Of a stretch of DNA of 64,000 bases, positions 47,591 to 62,439 are shown in pieces; the first letter of the stretch is position 1; each line of letters starts with the position of its first letter. The stretch covers positions 14,880,001 through 14,944,000 of the forward strand of contig OZ024744.1 in assembly GCA_964016885.1 (NCBI GenBank), written 5' to 3'. The stretch comes from Eledone cirrhosa. Its lineage: Eukaryota. The notes below the pieces were generated by a model, which ran no database searches, was not told the DNA's origin, and was given only the letters and a program-made list of their open reading frames with translations. Both the position numbers and the translations under genes were made by a program.

Positions 47591-50420
47591 AATATGTAAT
47601 GTATATTACTCCAGCAATATGTAATGTAGATTACTCCAGCAATATGTAATGTATATTACTCCAGCAATATGAAATGTAGATTACTCCACCAATATGTAAT
47701 GTAGATTACTCCAGCAATATGTAATGTATATTACTCCAGCAATATGTAATGTAGATTACTCCAGCAATATGTAATGTAGATTACTCCAACAATATGTAAT
47801 GTAGATTACTCCAGCAATATGTAATGTATATTACTCCAGCAATATTTAATATAGATTACTCCAGCAATATGTAATGTAGATTACTTCAGCAATATGTAAT
47901 GTATATTACTCCAGCAATATGTAATGTAGATTACTCCAGCAATATGTAATGTAGATTACTCCAGCAATATGTAATGTAGATTACTTCAGCAATACGTAAT
48001 GTATATGACTTCAGCAATATGTAATGTAGATTACTCCAGCAATATGTAATGTAGATTACTTCAGCAATACGTAATGTATATTACTCCAGAAATATGTAAT
48101 GTATATTACTCAAGCAATATGTAATGTAGATTACTCCAGCAATATGTAATGTATATCACGTCAGCAATATGTAATGTAGATTACTCCAGCAATATGTAAT
48201 GTAGAATCCTCCAACAATATGTAATGTAGATTACTCCAGCAATATGTAATGTATATTACTCCAGCAATATTTAATATAGATTACCCCAGCAATATGTAAT
48301 GTAGATTACTTCAGCAATATGTAATGTAGATTACTTCAGCAATATGTAATGTAGAATACGTCAGCAATATGTAATGTAGATTACTCCAGCAATATGTAAT
48401 GTAGATTACTCCAGCAATATGTAATGTAGATTACTCCAGCAATATGTAATGTATATTACTCCAGCAATATGTAATGTAGATTACTTCAGCAATACGTAAT
48501 GTATATGACTTCAGCAATATGTAATGTATATTACTCCAGTAATATGTAATGAAGATTACCTCAGCAATATGTAATGTATATTACTCCAGCAATATGTAAT
48601 GTAGATTACATCAGCAATATGTAATGTAGATTACTTCAGCAATATGTAATGTATATTACTCCAGCAATATGTAATGTAGATTACTCCAGCAATATGTAAT
48701 GTAGATTACTCCAGCAATACGTAATGTATATGACTTCAGCAATATGTAATGTAGATTACTCCAGCAATATGTAATGTAGATTACTTCAGCAATACGTAAT
48801 GTATATTACTCCAGAAATATGTAATGTATATTACTCAAGCAATATGTAATGTAGATTACTCCAGCAATATGTAATGTAGATTACTTCAGCAATATGTAAT
48901 GTAGATTACTCCAGCAATATGTAATATAGATTACTTCAGCAATATGTAATGTATATTACTCCAGCAATATGTAATGTATATTACTTCAGCAATATGTAAT
49001 GTATATTACTCCAGCAATATGTAATGTATATTACTCCAGCAATATGTAATGTATATTACTCCAGCAATATGTAATGTTGATTACTTCCGCAATATGTAAT
49101 GTAGATTACTTCTGCAATATAAAATGTAGATTACTCCAGCAATATGTAATGTAGATTACTCCAGCAATATGTAATGTAGATTACTCCAGCAATATGTAAT
49201 GTAGATTACTCCAGTAATATGTAATGTATATTACTCCAGCAATATGTAATGTATATTACTCCAGCAATATGTAATGTAGATTACTCCAGCAATATGTAAT
49301 GTATATTACTCCAGCAATATGTAATGTATATTACTCCAGCAATATGTAATGTAGATTACTCCAGCAATATGTAATGTATATTCAGCAATATGTAATGTAT
49401 ATTACTCCAGCAATATGTAATATAGATTACTTCAGCAATATGTAATGTATATTACTCCAGCAATATGTAATGTATATTACTTCAGCAATATGTAATGTAT
49501 ATTACTCCAGCAATATGTAATGTATATTACTCCAGCAATATGTAATGTATATTACTCCAGCAATATGTAATGTAGATTACTCCAGCAATATGTAATGTAT
49601 ATTACTCCAGCAATATGAAATGTAGATTACTCCACCAATATGTTATGTAGATTACTCCAGCAATATGTAATGTATATTACTCCAGCAATATGTAATGTAG
49701 ATTACTCCAGCAATATGTAATGTAGATTACTCCAACAATATGTAATGTAGATTACTCCAGCAATATGTAATGTATATTACTCCAGCAATATTTAATATAG
49801 ATTACTCCAGCAATATGTAATGTAGATTACTTCAGCAATATGTAATGTATATTACTCCAGCAATATGTAATGTAGATTACTCCAGCAATATGTAATGTAG
49901 ATTACTCCAGCAATATGTAATGTAGATTACTTCAGCAATACGTAATGTATATGACTTCAGCAATATGTAATGTAGATTACTCCAGCAATATGTAATGTAG
50001 ATTACTTCAGGAATACGTAATGTATATTACTCCAGAAATATGTAATGTATATTACTCAAGCAATATGTAATGAAGATTACTCCAGCAATATGTAATGTAT
50101 ATTACGTCAGCAATATGTAATGTAGATTACTCCAGCAATATGTAATGTAGAATCCTCCAACAATATGTAATGTAGATTACTCCAGCAATATGTAATGTAT
50201 ATTACTCCAGCAATATTTAATATAGATTACTCCAGCAATATGTAATGTAGATTACTTCAGCAATATGTAATGTAGATTACTTCAGCAATATGTAATGTAG
50301 AATACGTCAGCAATATGTAATGTAGATTACTCCAGCAATATGTAATGTAGATTACTCCAGCAATATGTAATGTAGATTACTCCAGCAATATGTAATGTAT
50401 ATTACTCCAGCAATATGTAA
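46500..50420. repeat. 1,946-bp tandem duplication
   Basis: gaaatgtagattactccacc at 47671/49617 and the deletion monomer at 47431/49377. The flanking variants appear in the same order. Confidence 0.82.
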
Positions 50421-53400
50421 TGTAGATTACTCCAGCAATATGTAATGTATGTTACTCCAGCAATATGTAATGTATATTACTCCAGCAATATGTAATGTAG
50501 ATTACTCCAGCAATATGTAATGTATATTCAGCAATATGTAATGTATATTACTCCAGCAATATGTAATATAGATTACTTCAGCAATATGTAATGTATATTA
50601 CTCCAGCAATATGTAATGTATATTACTTCAGCAATATGTAATGTATATTACTCCAGCAATATGTAATGTATATTACTCCAGCAATATGTAATGTATAATA
50701 CTCCAGCAATATGTAATGTTGATTACTTCCGCAATATGTAATGTAGATTACTTCTGCAATATAAAATGTAGATTACTCCAGCAATATGTAATGTAGATTA
50801 CTCCAGCAATATGTAATGTAGATTACTCCAGCAATATGTAATGTAGATTACTCCAGCAATATGTAATGTATATTACTCCAGCAATATGTAATGTAGATTA
50901 TTCCAGCAATATGTAATGTATATTACTCCAGCAATATGTAATGTATATTACTCCAGCAATATGTAATGTATATTCAGCAATATGTAATGTATATTACTCC
51001 AGCAATAGGTAATATAGATTACTTCAGCAATATGTAATGTATATTACTCCAGCTATATGTAATGTATATTACTTCAGCAATATGTAATGTATATTACTCC
51101 AGCAATATGTAATGTAGATTACTCCAGCAATATGTAGTGCATATTACTCCAGCAATATGTAATGTATATTACTTCAGCAATATGTAATGTATATTACTCC
51201 AGCAATATGTAATGTAGATTACTCCAGCAATATGTAATGTAGATTACTCCAACAATATGTAATGTAGATTACTCCAGCAATATGTAATGTATGTTACTCC
51301 AGCAATATTTAATATAGATTACTCCAGCAATATGTAATGTAGATTACTTCAGCAATATGTAATGTATATTACTCCAGCAATATGTAATGTAGATTACTCC
51401 AGCAATATGTAATGTAGATTACTCCAGCAATATGTAATGTAGATTACTTCAGCAATACGTAATGTATATGACTTCAGCAATATGTAATGTAGATTACTCC
51501 AGCAATATGTAATGTAGATTACTTCAGCAATACGTAATGTATATTACTCCAGAAATATGTAATGTATATTACTCAAGCAATATGTAATGTAGATTACTCC
51601 AGCAATATGTAATGTAGATTACGTCAGCAATATGTAATGTAGATTACTCCAGCAATATGTAATGTATATTACTCCAGCAATATGTAATGTAGATTACTCC
51701 AGCAATATGTAATGTAGAATCCTCCAACAATATGTAATGTAGATTACTCCAGCAATATGTAATGTATATTACTCCAGCAATATTTAATATAGATTACTCC
51801 AGCAATATGTAATGTAGATTACTTCAGCAATATGTAATGTAGATTACTTCAGCAATATGTAATGTAGAATACGTCAGCAATATGTAATGTAGATTACTCC
51901 AGCAATATGTAATGTAGATTACTCCAGCAATATGTAATGTAGATTACTCCAGCAATATGTAATGTATATTACTCCAGCAATATGTAATGTAGATTACTCC
52001 AGCAATATGTAATGTATGTTACTCCAGCAATATGTAATGTATATTACTCCAGCAATATGTAATGTAGATTACTCCAGCAATATGTAATGTATATTCAGCA
52101 ATATGTAATGTATATTACTCCAGCTATATGTAATATAGATTACTTCAGCAATATGTAATGTATATTACTCCAGCAATATGTAATGTATATTACTTCAGCA
52201 ATATGTAATGTATATTACTCCAGCAATATGTAATGTATATTACTCCAGCAATATGTAATGTATATTACTCCAGCAATATGTAATGTTGATTACTTCCGCA
52301 ATATGTAATGTAGATTACTTCTGCAATATAAAATGTAGATTACTCCAGCAATATGTAATGTAGATTACTCCAGCAATATGTAATGTAGATTACTCCAGCA
52401 ATATGTAATGTAGATTACTCCAGTAATATGTAATGTATATTACTCCAGCAATATGTAATGTATATTACTCCAGCAATATGTAATGTAGATTACTCCAGCA
52501 ATATGTAATGTATATTACTCCAGCAATATGTAATGTATATTACTCCAGCAATATGTAATGTAGATTACTCCAGCAATATATAATGTATATTCAGCAATAT
52601 GTAATGTATATTACTCCAGCAATATGTAATATAGATTACTTCAGCAATATGTAATTGTATATTACTCCAGCAATATGTAATGTATATTACTTCAGCAATA
52701 TGTAATGTATATTACTCCAGCAATATGTAATGTTGATTACTTCAGCAATATGTAATGTAGATTACTTCTGCAATATAAAATGTAGATTACTCCAGCAATA
52801 TGTAATGTAGATTACTCCAGCAATATGTAATGTAGATTACTCCAGCAATATGTAATGTAGATTACTCCAGCAATATGTAATGTAGATTACTCCAGCAATA
52901 TGTAATGTAGATTACTCCAGCAATATGTAATGTACATTACTCCAGCAATATGTAATGTAGATTACTCCAGCTATATGTAATGTAGATTACTCCAGCAATA
53001 TGTAATGTAGATTACTCCAGCAATATGTAATGTATATTACTCCAGCAATATGAAATGTAGATTACTCCACCAATATGTAATGTAGATTACTCCAGCAATA
53101 TGTAATGTATATTACTCCAGCAATATGTAATGTAGATTACTCCAGCAATATGTAATGTAGATTACTCCAACAATATGTAATGTAGATTACTCCAGCAATA
53201 TGTAATGTATATTACTCCAGCAATATTTAATATAGATTACTCCAGCAATATGTAATGTAGATTACTTCAGCAATATGTAATGTATATTACTCCAGCAATA
53301 TGTAATGTAGATTACTCCAGCAATATGTAATGTAGATTACTCCAGCAATATGTAATGTAGATTACTTCAGCAATACGTAATGTATATGACTTCAGCAATA

Positions 53401-56400
53401 TGTAATGTAGATTACTCCAGCAATATGTAATGTAGATTACTTCAGCAATACGTAATGTATATTACTCCAGAAATATGTAATGTATATTACTCAAGCAATA
53501 TGTAATGTAGATTACATCAGCAATATGTAATGTAGATTACTTCAGCAATATGTAATGTATATTACTCCAGCAATATGTAATGTAGATTACTCCAGCAATA
53601 TGTAATGTAGATTACTCCAGCAATACGTAATGTATATGACTTCAGCAATATGTAATGTAGATTACTCCAGCAATATGTAATGTAGATTACTTCAGCAATA
53701 CGTAATGTATATTACTCCAGAAATATGTAATGTATATTACTCAAGCAATATGTAATGTAGATTACTCCAGCAATATGTAATGTAGATTACTTCAGCAATA
53801 TGTAATGTAGATTACTCCAGCAATATGTAATATAGATTACTTCAGCAATATGTAATGTATATTACTCCAGCAATATGTAATGTATATTACTTCAGCAATA
53901 TGTAATGTATATTACTCCAGCAATATGTAATGTATATTACTCCAGCAATATGTAATGTATATTACTCCAGCAATATGTAATGTTGATTACTTCCGCAATA
54001 TGTAATGTAGATTACTTCTGCAATATAAAATGTAGATTACTCCAGCAATATGTAATGTAGATTACTCCAGCAATATGTAATGTAGATTACTCCAGCAATA
54101 TGTAATGTAGATTACTCCAGTAATATGTAATGTATATTACTCCAGCAATATGTAATGTATATTACTCCAGCAATATGTAATGTAGATTACTCCAGCAATA
54201 TGTAATGTATATTACTCCAGCAATATGTAATGTATATTACTCCAGCAATATGTAATGTAGATTACTCCAGCAATATGTAATGTATATTCAGCAATATGTA
54301 ATGTATATTACTCCAGCAATATGTAATATAGATTACTTCAGCAATATGTAATGTATATTACTCCAGCAATATGTAATGTATATTACTTCAGCAATATGTA
54401 ATGTATATTACTCCAGCAATATGTAATGTATATTACTCCAGCAATATGTAATGTATATTACTCCAGCAATATGTAATGTAGATTACTCCAGCAATATGTA
54501 ATGTAGATTACTCCAGCAATATGTAATGTAGATTACTCCAGCAATATGTAATGTAGATTACTCCAGCTATATGTAATGTAGATTACTCCAGCAATATGTA
54601 ATGTAGATTACTCCAGCAATATGTAATGTATATTACTCCAGCAATATGAAATGTAGATTACTCCACCAATATGTAATGTAGATTACTCCAGCAATATGTA
54701 ATGTATATTACTCCAGCAATATGTAATGTAGATTACTCCAGCAATATGTAATGTAGATTACTCCAACAATATGTAATGTAGATTACTCCAGCAATATGTA
54801 ATGTATATTACTCCAGCAATATTTAATATAGATTACTCCAGCAATATGTAATGTAGATTACTTCAGCAATATGTAATGTATATTACTCCAGCAATATGTA
54901 ATGTAGATTACTCCAGCAATATGTAATGTAGATTACTCCAGCAATATGTAATGTAGATTACTTCAGCAATACGTAATGTATATGACTTCAGCAATATGTA
55001 ATGTAGATTACTCCAGCAATATGTAATGTAGATTACTTCAGCAATACGTAATGTATATTACTCCAGAAATATGTAATGTATATTACTCAAGCAATATGTA
55101 ATGTAGATTACTCCAGCAATATGTAATGTATATTACGTCAGCAATATGTAATGTAGATTACTCCAGCAATATGTAATGTAGAATCCTCCAACAATATGTA
55201 ATGTAGATTACTCCAGCAATATGTAATGTATATTACTCCAGCAATATTTAATATAGATTACTCCAGCAATATGTAATGTAGATTACTTCAGCAATATGTA
55301 ATGTAGATTACTTCAGCAATATGTAATGTAGAATACGTCAGCAATATGTAATGTAGATTACTCCAGCAATATGTAATGTAGATTACTCCAGCAATATGTA
55401 ATGTAGATTACTCCAGCAATATGTAATGTATATTACTCCAGCAATATGTAATGTAGATTACTCCAGCAATATGTAATGTATGTTACTCCAGCAATATGTA
55501 ATGTATATTACTCCAGCAATATGTAATGTAGATTACTCCAGCAATATGTAATGTATATTCAGCAATATGTAATGTATATTACTCCAGCAATATGTAATAT
55601 AGATTACTTCAGCAATATGTAATGTATATTACTCCAGCAATATGTAATGTATATTACTTCAGCAATATGTAATGTATATTACTCCAGCAATATGTAATGT
55701 ATATTACTCCAGCAATATGTAATGTATATTACTCCAGCAATATGTAATGTTGATTACTTCCGCAATATGTAATGTAGATTACTTCTGCAATATAAAATGT
55801 AGATTACTCCAGCAATATGTAATGTAGATTACTCCAGCAATATGTAATGTAGATTACTCCAGCAATATGTAATGTAGATTACTCCAGCAATATGTAATGT
55901 ATATTACTCCAGCAATATGTAATGTAGATTACTCCAGCAATATGTAATGTATATTACTCCCGCAATATGTAATGTATATTACTCCAGCAATATGTAATGT
56001 ATATTCAGCAATATGTAATGTATATTACTCCAGCAATAGGTAATATAGATTACTTCAGCAATATGTAATGTATATTACTCCAGCAATATGTAATGTATAT
56101 TACTTCAGCAATATGTAATGTATATTACTCCAGCAATATGTAATGTAGATTACTCCAGCAATATGTAGTGCATATTACTCCAGCAATATGTAATGTATAT
56201 TACTTCAGCAATATGTAATGTATATTACTCCAGCAATATGTAATGTAGATTACTCCAGCAATATGTAATGTAGATTACTCCAACAATATGTAATGTAGAT
56301 TACTCCAGCAATATGTAATGTATATTACTCCAGCAATATTTAATATAGATTACTCCAGCAATATGTAATGTAGATTACTTCAGCAATATGTAATGTATAT

Positions 56401-58950
56401 TACTCCAGCAATATGTAATGTAGATTACTCCAGCAATATGTAATGTAGATTACTCCAGCAATATGTAATGTAGATTACTCCAGCAATATGTAATGTAGAT
56501 TACTCCAGCTATATGTAATGTAGATTACTCCAGCAATATGTAATGTAGATTACTCCAGCAATATGTAATGTATATTACTCCAGCAATATGAAATGTAGAT
56601 TACTCCACCAATATGTAATGTAGATTACTCCAGCAATATGTAATGTATATTACTCCAGCAATATGTAATGTAGATTACTCCAGCAATATGTAATGTAGAT
56701 TACTCCAACAATATGTAATGTAGATTACTCCAGCAATATGTAATGTATATTACTCCAGCAATATTTAATATAGATTACTCCAGCAATATGTAATGTAGAT
56801 TACTTCAGCAATATGTAATGTATATTACTCCAGCAATATGTAATGTAGATTACTCCAGCAATATGTAATGTAGATTACTCCAGCAATATGTAATGTAGAT
56901 TACTTCAGCAATACGTAATGTATATGACTTCAGCAATATGTAATGTAGATTACTCCAGCAATATGTAATGTAGATTACTTCAGCAATACGTAATGTATAT
57001 TACTCCAGAAATATGTAATGTATATTACTCAAGCAATATGTAATGTAGATTACTCCAGCAATATGTAATGTAGATTACGTCAGCAATATGTAATGTAGAT
57101 TACTCCAGCAATATGTAATGTATATTACTCCAGCAATATGTAATGTAGATTACTCCAGCAATATGTAATGTAGAATCCTCCAACAATATGTAATGTAGAT
57201 TACTCCAGCAATATGTAATGTATATTACTCCAGCAATATTTAATATAGATTACTCCAGCAATATGTAATGTAGATTACTTCAGCAATATGTAATGTAGAT
57301 TACTTCAGCAATATGTAATGTAGAATACGTCAGCAATATGTAATGTAGATTACTCCAGCAATATGTAATGTAGATTACTCCAGCAATATGTAATGTAGAT
57401 TACTCCAGCAATATGTAATGTATATTACTCCAGCAATATGTAATGTAGATTACTCCAGCAATATGTAATGTATGTTACTCCAGCAATATGTAATGTATAT
57501 TACTCCAGCAATATGTAATGTAGATTACTCCAGCAATATGTAATGTATATTCAGCAATATGTAATGTATATTACTCCAGCTATATGTAATATAGATTACT
57601 TCAGCAATATGTAATGTATATTACTCCAGCAATATGTAATGTATATTACTTCAGCAATATGTAATGTATATTACTCCAGCAATATGTAATGTATATTACT
57701 CCAGCAATATGTAATGTATATTACTCCAGCAATATGTAATGTTGATTACTTCCGCAATATGTAATGTAGATTACTTCTGCAATATAAAATGTAGATTACT
57801 CCAGCAATATGTAATGTAGATTACTCCAGCAATATGTAATGTAGATTACTCCAGCAATATGTAATGTAGATTACTCCAGTAATATGTAATGTATATTACT
57901 CCAGCAATATGTAATGTATATTACTCCAGCAATATGTAATGTAGATTACTCCAGCAATATGTAATGTATATTACTCCAGCAATATGTAATGTATATTACT
58001 CCAGCAATATGTAATGTAGATTACTCCAGCAATATATAATGTATATTCAGCAATATGTAATGTATATTACTCCAGCAATATGTAATATAGATTACTTCAG
58101 CAATATGTAATTGTATATTACTCCAGCAATATGTAATGTATATTACTTCAGCAATATGTAATGTATATTACTCCAGCAATATGTAATGTTGATTACTTCA
58201 GCAATATGTAATGTAGATTACTTCTGCAATATAAAATGTAGATTACTCCAGCAATATGTAATGTAGATTACTCCAGCAATATGTAATGTAGATTACTCCA
58301 GCAATATGTAATGTAGATTACTCCAGCAATATGTAATGTAGATTACTCCAGCAATATGTAATGTAGATTACTCCAGCAATATGTAATGTACATTACTCCA
58401 GCAATATGTAATGTAGATTACTCCAGCTATATGTAATGTAGATTACACCAGCAATATGTAATGTAGATTACTCCAGCAATATGTAATGTATATTACTCCA
58501 GCAATATGAAATGTAGATTACTCCACCAATATGTAATGTAGATTACTCCACCAATATGTAATGTAGATTACTCCAGCAATATGTAATGTAGATTACTCCA
58601 GCAATATGTAATGTAGATTACTCCAACAATATGTAATGTAGATTACTCCAGCAATATGTAATGTATATTACTCCAGCAATATTTAATATAGATTACTCCA
58701 GCAATATGTAATGTAGATTACTTCAGCAATATGTAATGTATATTACTCCAGCAATATGTAATGTAGATTACTCCAGCAATATGTAATGTAGATTACTCCA
58801 GCAATATGTAATGTAGATTACTTCAGCAATACGTAATGTATATGACTTCAGCAATATGTAATGTAGATTACTCCAGCAATATGTAATGTAGATTACTTCA
58901 GCAATACGTAATGTATATTACTCCAGAAATATGTAATGTATATTACTCAA
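49600..58950. repeat. Mosaic duplications at offsets of about 5,031 and 5,456 bp
   Basis: Offset 5031: agcaatagg at 51001/56032 and the deletion monomer at 50523/55554. Offset 5456: the gtaattgtat 1-bp insertion at 52651/58107 and cagctatatgtaatatag at 52121/57577. Confidence 0.85.
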
Positions 58951-61770
58951 GCAATATGTAATGTAGATTACTCCAGCAATATGTAATGTAGATTACGTCA
59001 GCAATATGTAATGTAGATTACTCCAGCAATATGTAATGTATATTACTCCAGCAATATGTAATGTAGATTACTCCAGCAATATGTAATGTAGAATCCTCCA
59101 ACAATATGTAATGTAGATTACTCCAGCAATATGTAATGTATATTACTCCAGCAATATTTAATATAGATTACTCCAGCAATATGTAATGTAGATTACTTCA
59201 GCAATATGTAATGTAGATTACTTCAGCAATATGTAATGTACATTGCTCCAGCAATATGTAATGTAGATTACTCCAGCAATATGTAATGTAGATTACTTCA
59301 GCAATATGTAATGTAGATTACTTCAGCAATATGTAATGTAGATTACTTCAGCAATATATAATGTAGATTACTCCAGCAATATGTAATTAAGATTACTCCA
59401 GCAATATGTAATGTAGATTACTCCAGCAATATGTAATGTATATTACTCCAGCAATATGTAATGTAGATTACTCCAGCAATATGTAATGTATATTACTCCA
59501 GCAATATGTAATGTAGATTACTCCAGCAATATGTAATGTATATTACTCCAGCAATATGTAATGTAGATTACTCCAGCAATATGTAATGTATATTACTCCA
59601 GCAATATGTAATGTAGATTACTCCAGAAAATATGTAATGTATATTACTTCAGCAATATGTAATGTATATTACTCCAGCAATATGTAATGTAGAATACTTC
59701 AGCAATATATAATGTAGATTACTCCAGCAATATGTAATATAGATTCCTCCAGAAATATGTAATGTATATTACTCCAGCAATATGTAATGTTGATTACTTC
59801 AGCAATATGTAATGTAGATTACTCTAGCAATATGTAATGTAGATTACTTCTGCAATATAAAATGTAGATTACTCCAGCAATATGTAATGTAGATTACTCC
59901 AGCAATATGTAATGTAGTTTACTCCAGCAATATGTAATGTAGATTACTCCAGCAATATGTAATGTATATTACTCCAGCAATATGTAATGTAGATTACTCC
60001 AGCAATATGTAATGTATATTACTCCAGCAAAATGTAATGTTGATTACTTCAGCAATATGTAATGTAGATTACTCTAGCAATATGTAATGTAGATTACTCC
60101 AGCAATATGTAATGTACATTACTCCAGCAATATGTAATGTAGATTACTCCAGCTATATGTAATGTAGATTACTCCAGCAATATGTAATGTAGATTACTCC
60201 AGCAATATGTAATGTATATTACTCCAGCAATATGAAATGTAGATTACTCCACCAATATGTAATGTAGATTACTCCAGCAATATGTAATGTATATTACTCC
60301 AGCAATATGTAATGTAGATTACTCCAGCAATATGTAATGTAGATTACTCCAACAATATGTAATGTAGATTACTCCAGCAATATGTAATGTATATTACTCC
60401 AGCAATATTTAATATAGATTACTCCAGCAATATGTAATGTAGATTACTTCAGCAATATGTAATGTATATTACTCCAGCAATATGTAATGTAGATTACTCC
60501 AGCAATATGTAATGTAGATTACTCCAGCAATATGTAATGTAGATTACTTCAGCAATACGTAATGTATATGACTTCAGCAATATGTAATGTAGATTACTCC
60601 AGCAATATGTAATGTAGATTACTTCAGCAATACGTAATGTATATTACTCCAGAAATATGTAATGTATATTACTCAAGCAATATGTAATGTAGATTACTCC
60701 AGCAATATGTAATGTAGATTACGTCAGCAATATGTAATGTAGATTACTCCAGCAATATGTAATGTATATTACTCCAGCAATATGTAATGTAGATTACTCC
60801 AGCAATATGTAATGTAGAATCCTCCAACAATATGTAATGTAGATTACTCCAGCAATATGTAATGTATATTACTCCAGCAATATTTAATATAGATTACTCC
60901 AGCAATATGTAATGTAGATTACTTCAGCAATATGTAATGTAGATTACTTCAGCAATATGTAATGTAAATTGCTCCAGCAATATGTAATGTAGATTACTCC
61001 AGCAATATGTAATGTAGATTACTTCAGCAATATGTAATGTAGATTACTTCAGCAATATGTAATGTAGATTACTTCAGCAATATATAATGTAGATTACTCC
61101 AGCAATATGTAATTAAGATTACTCCAGCAATATGTAATGTAGATTACTCCAGCAATATGTAATGTATATTACTCCAGCAATATGTAATGTAGATTACTCC
61201 AGCAATATGTAATGTATATTACTCCAGCAATATGTAATGTAGATTACTCCAGCAATATGTAATGTATATTACTCCAGCAATATGTAATGTAGATTACTCC
61301 AGCAATATGTAATGTATATTACTCCAGCAATATGTAATGTAGATTACTCCAGAAAATATGTAATGTATATTACTTCAGCAATATGTAATGTATATTACTC
61401 CAGCAATATGTAATGTAGAATACTTCAGCAATATATAATGTAGATTACTCCAGCAATATGTAATATAGATTCCTCCAGAAATATGTAATGTATATTACTC
61501 CAGCAATATGTAATGTTGATTACTTCAGCAATATGTAATGTAGATTACTCTAGCAATATGTAATGTAGATTACTTCTGCAATATAAAATGTAGATTACTC
61601 CAGCAATATGTAATGTAGATTACTCCAGCAATATGTAATGTAGTTTACTCCAGCAATATGTAATGTAGATTACTCCAGCAATATGTAATGTATATTACTC
61701 CAGCAATATGTAATGTAGATTACTCCAGCAATATGTAATGTATATTACTCCAGCAAAATGTAATGTAGAT
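58350..61770. repeat. About 1,726-bp tandem duplication
   Basis: Offset 1726 for attgctcc at 59242/60968, aattaa at 59385/61111, gttt(actcc) at 59917/61643 and cagcaaaatg at 60025/61751. Confidence 0.9.
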
Positions 61771-62439
61771 TACTTCAGCAATATGTAATGTATATTACTC
61801 CAGCAATATGTAATGTAGATTACTCCAGAAAATATGTAATGTATATTACTTCAGCAATATGTAATGTAGATTACTCCAGCAATATGTAATGTAGATTACT
61901 CCAGCAATATGTAATGAATATTACTCCAGCAATATGTAATGTATATTACTCCAGCAATATGTAATGTAGATTACTCCAGCAATATGTAGTGCATATTACT
62001 CCAGCAATATGTAATGTATATTACTTCAGCAATATGTAATGTATATTACTCCAGCAATATGTAATGTATATTACTCCAGCAATATGTAATGTATATTACT
62101 CCAGCAATATGTAATGTATATTACTCCAGCAATATGTAATGTAGATTACTCCAGCAATATGTAATGTATATTACTCCAGCAATATGTAATGAATATTACT
62201 CCAGCAATATGTAATGAATATTAGTCCAGCAATATGTAATGTAGATTACTTCAGCAATATGTAATGTAGATTACTCCAGCAATATGTAATATAGATTCCT
62301 CCAGAAATATGTAATGTATATTACTCCAGCAATATGTAATGTAGATTACTCCAGCAATATGTAATGTAGATTACTCCAGCAATATGTAATGTAGATTACT
62401 CCAGCAATATGTAATGTAGATTACTCCAGCAATATGTAA

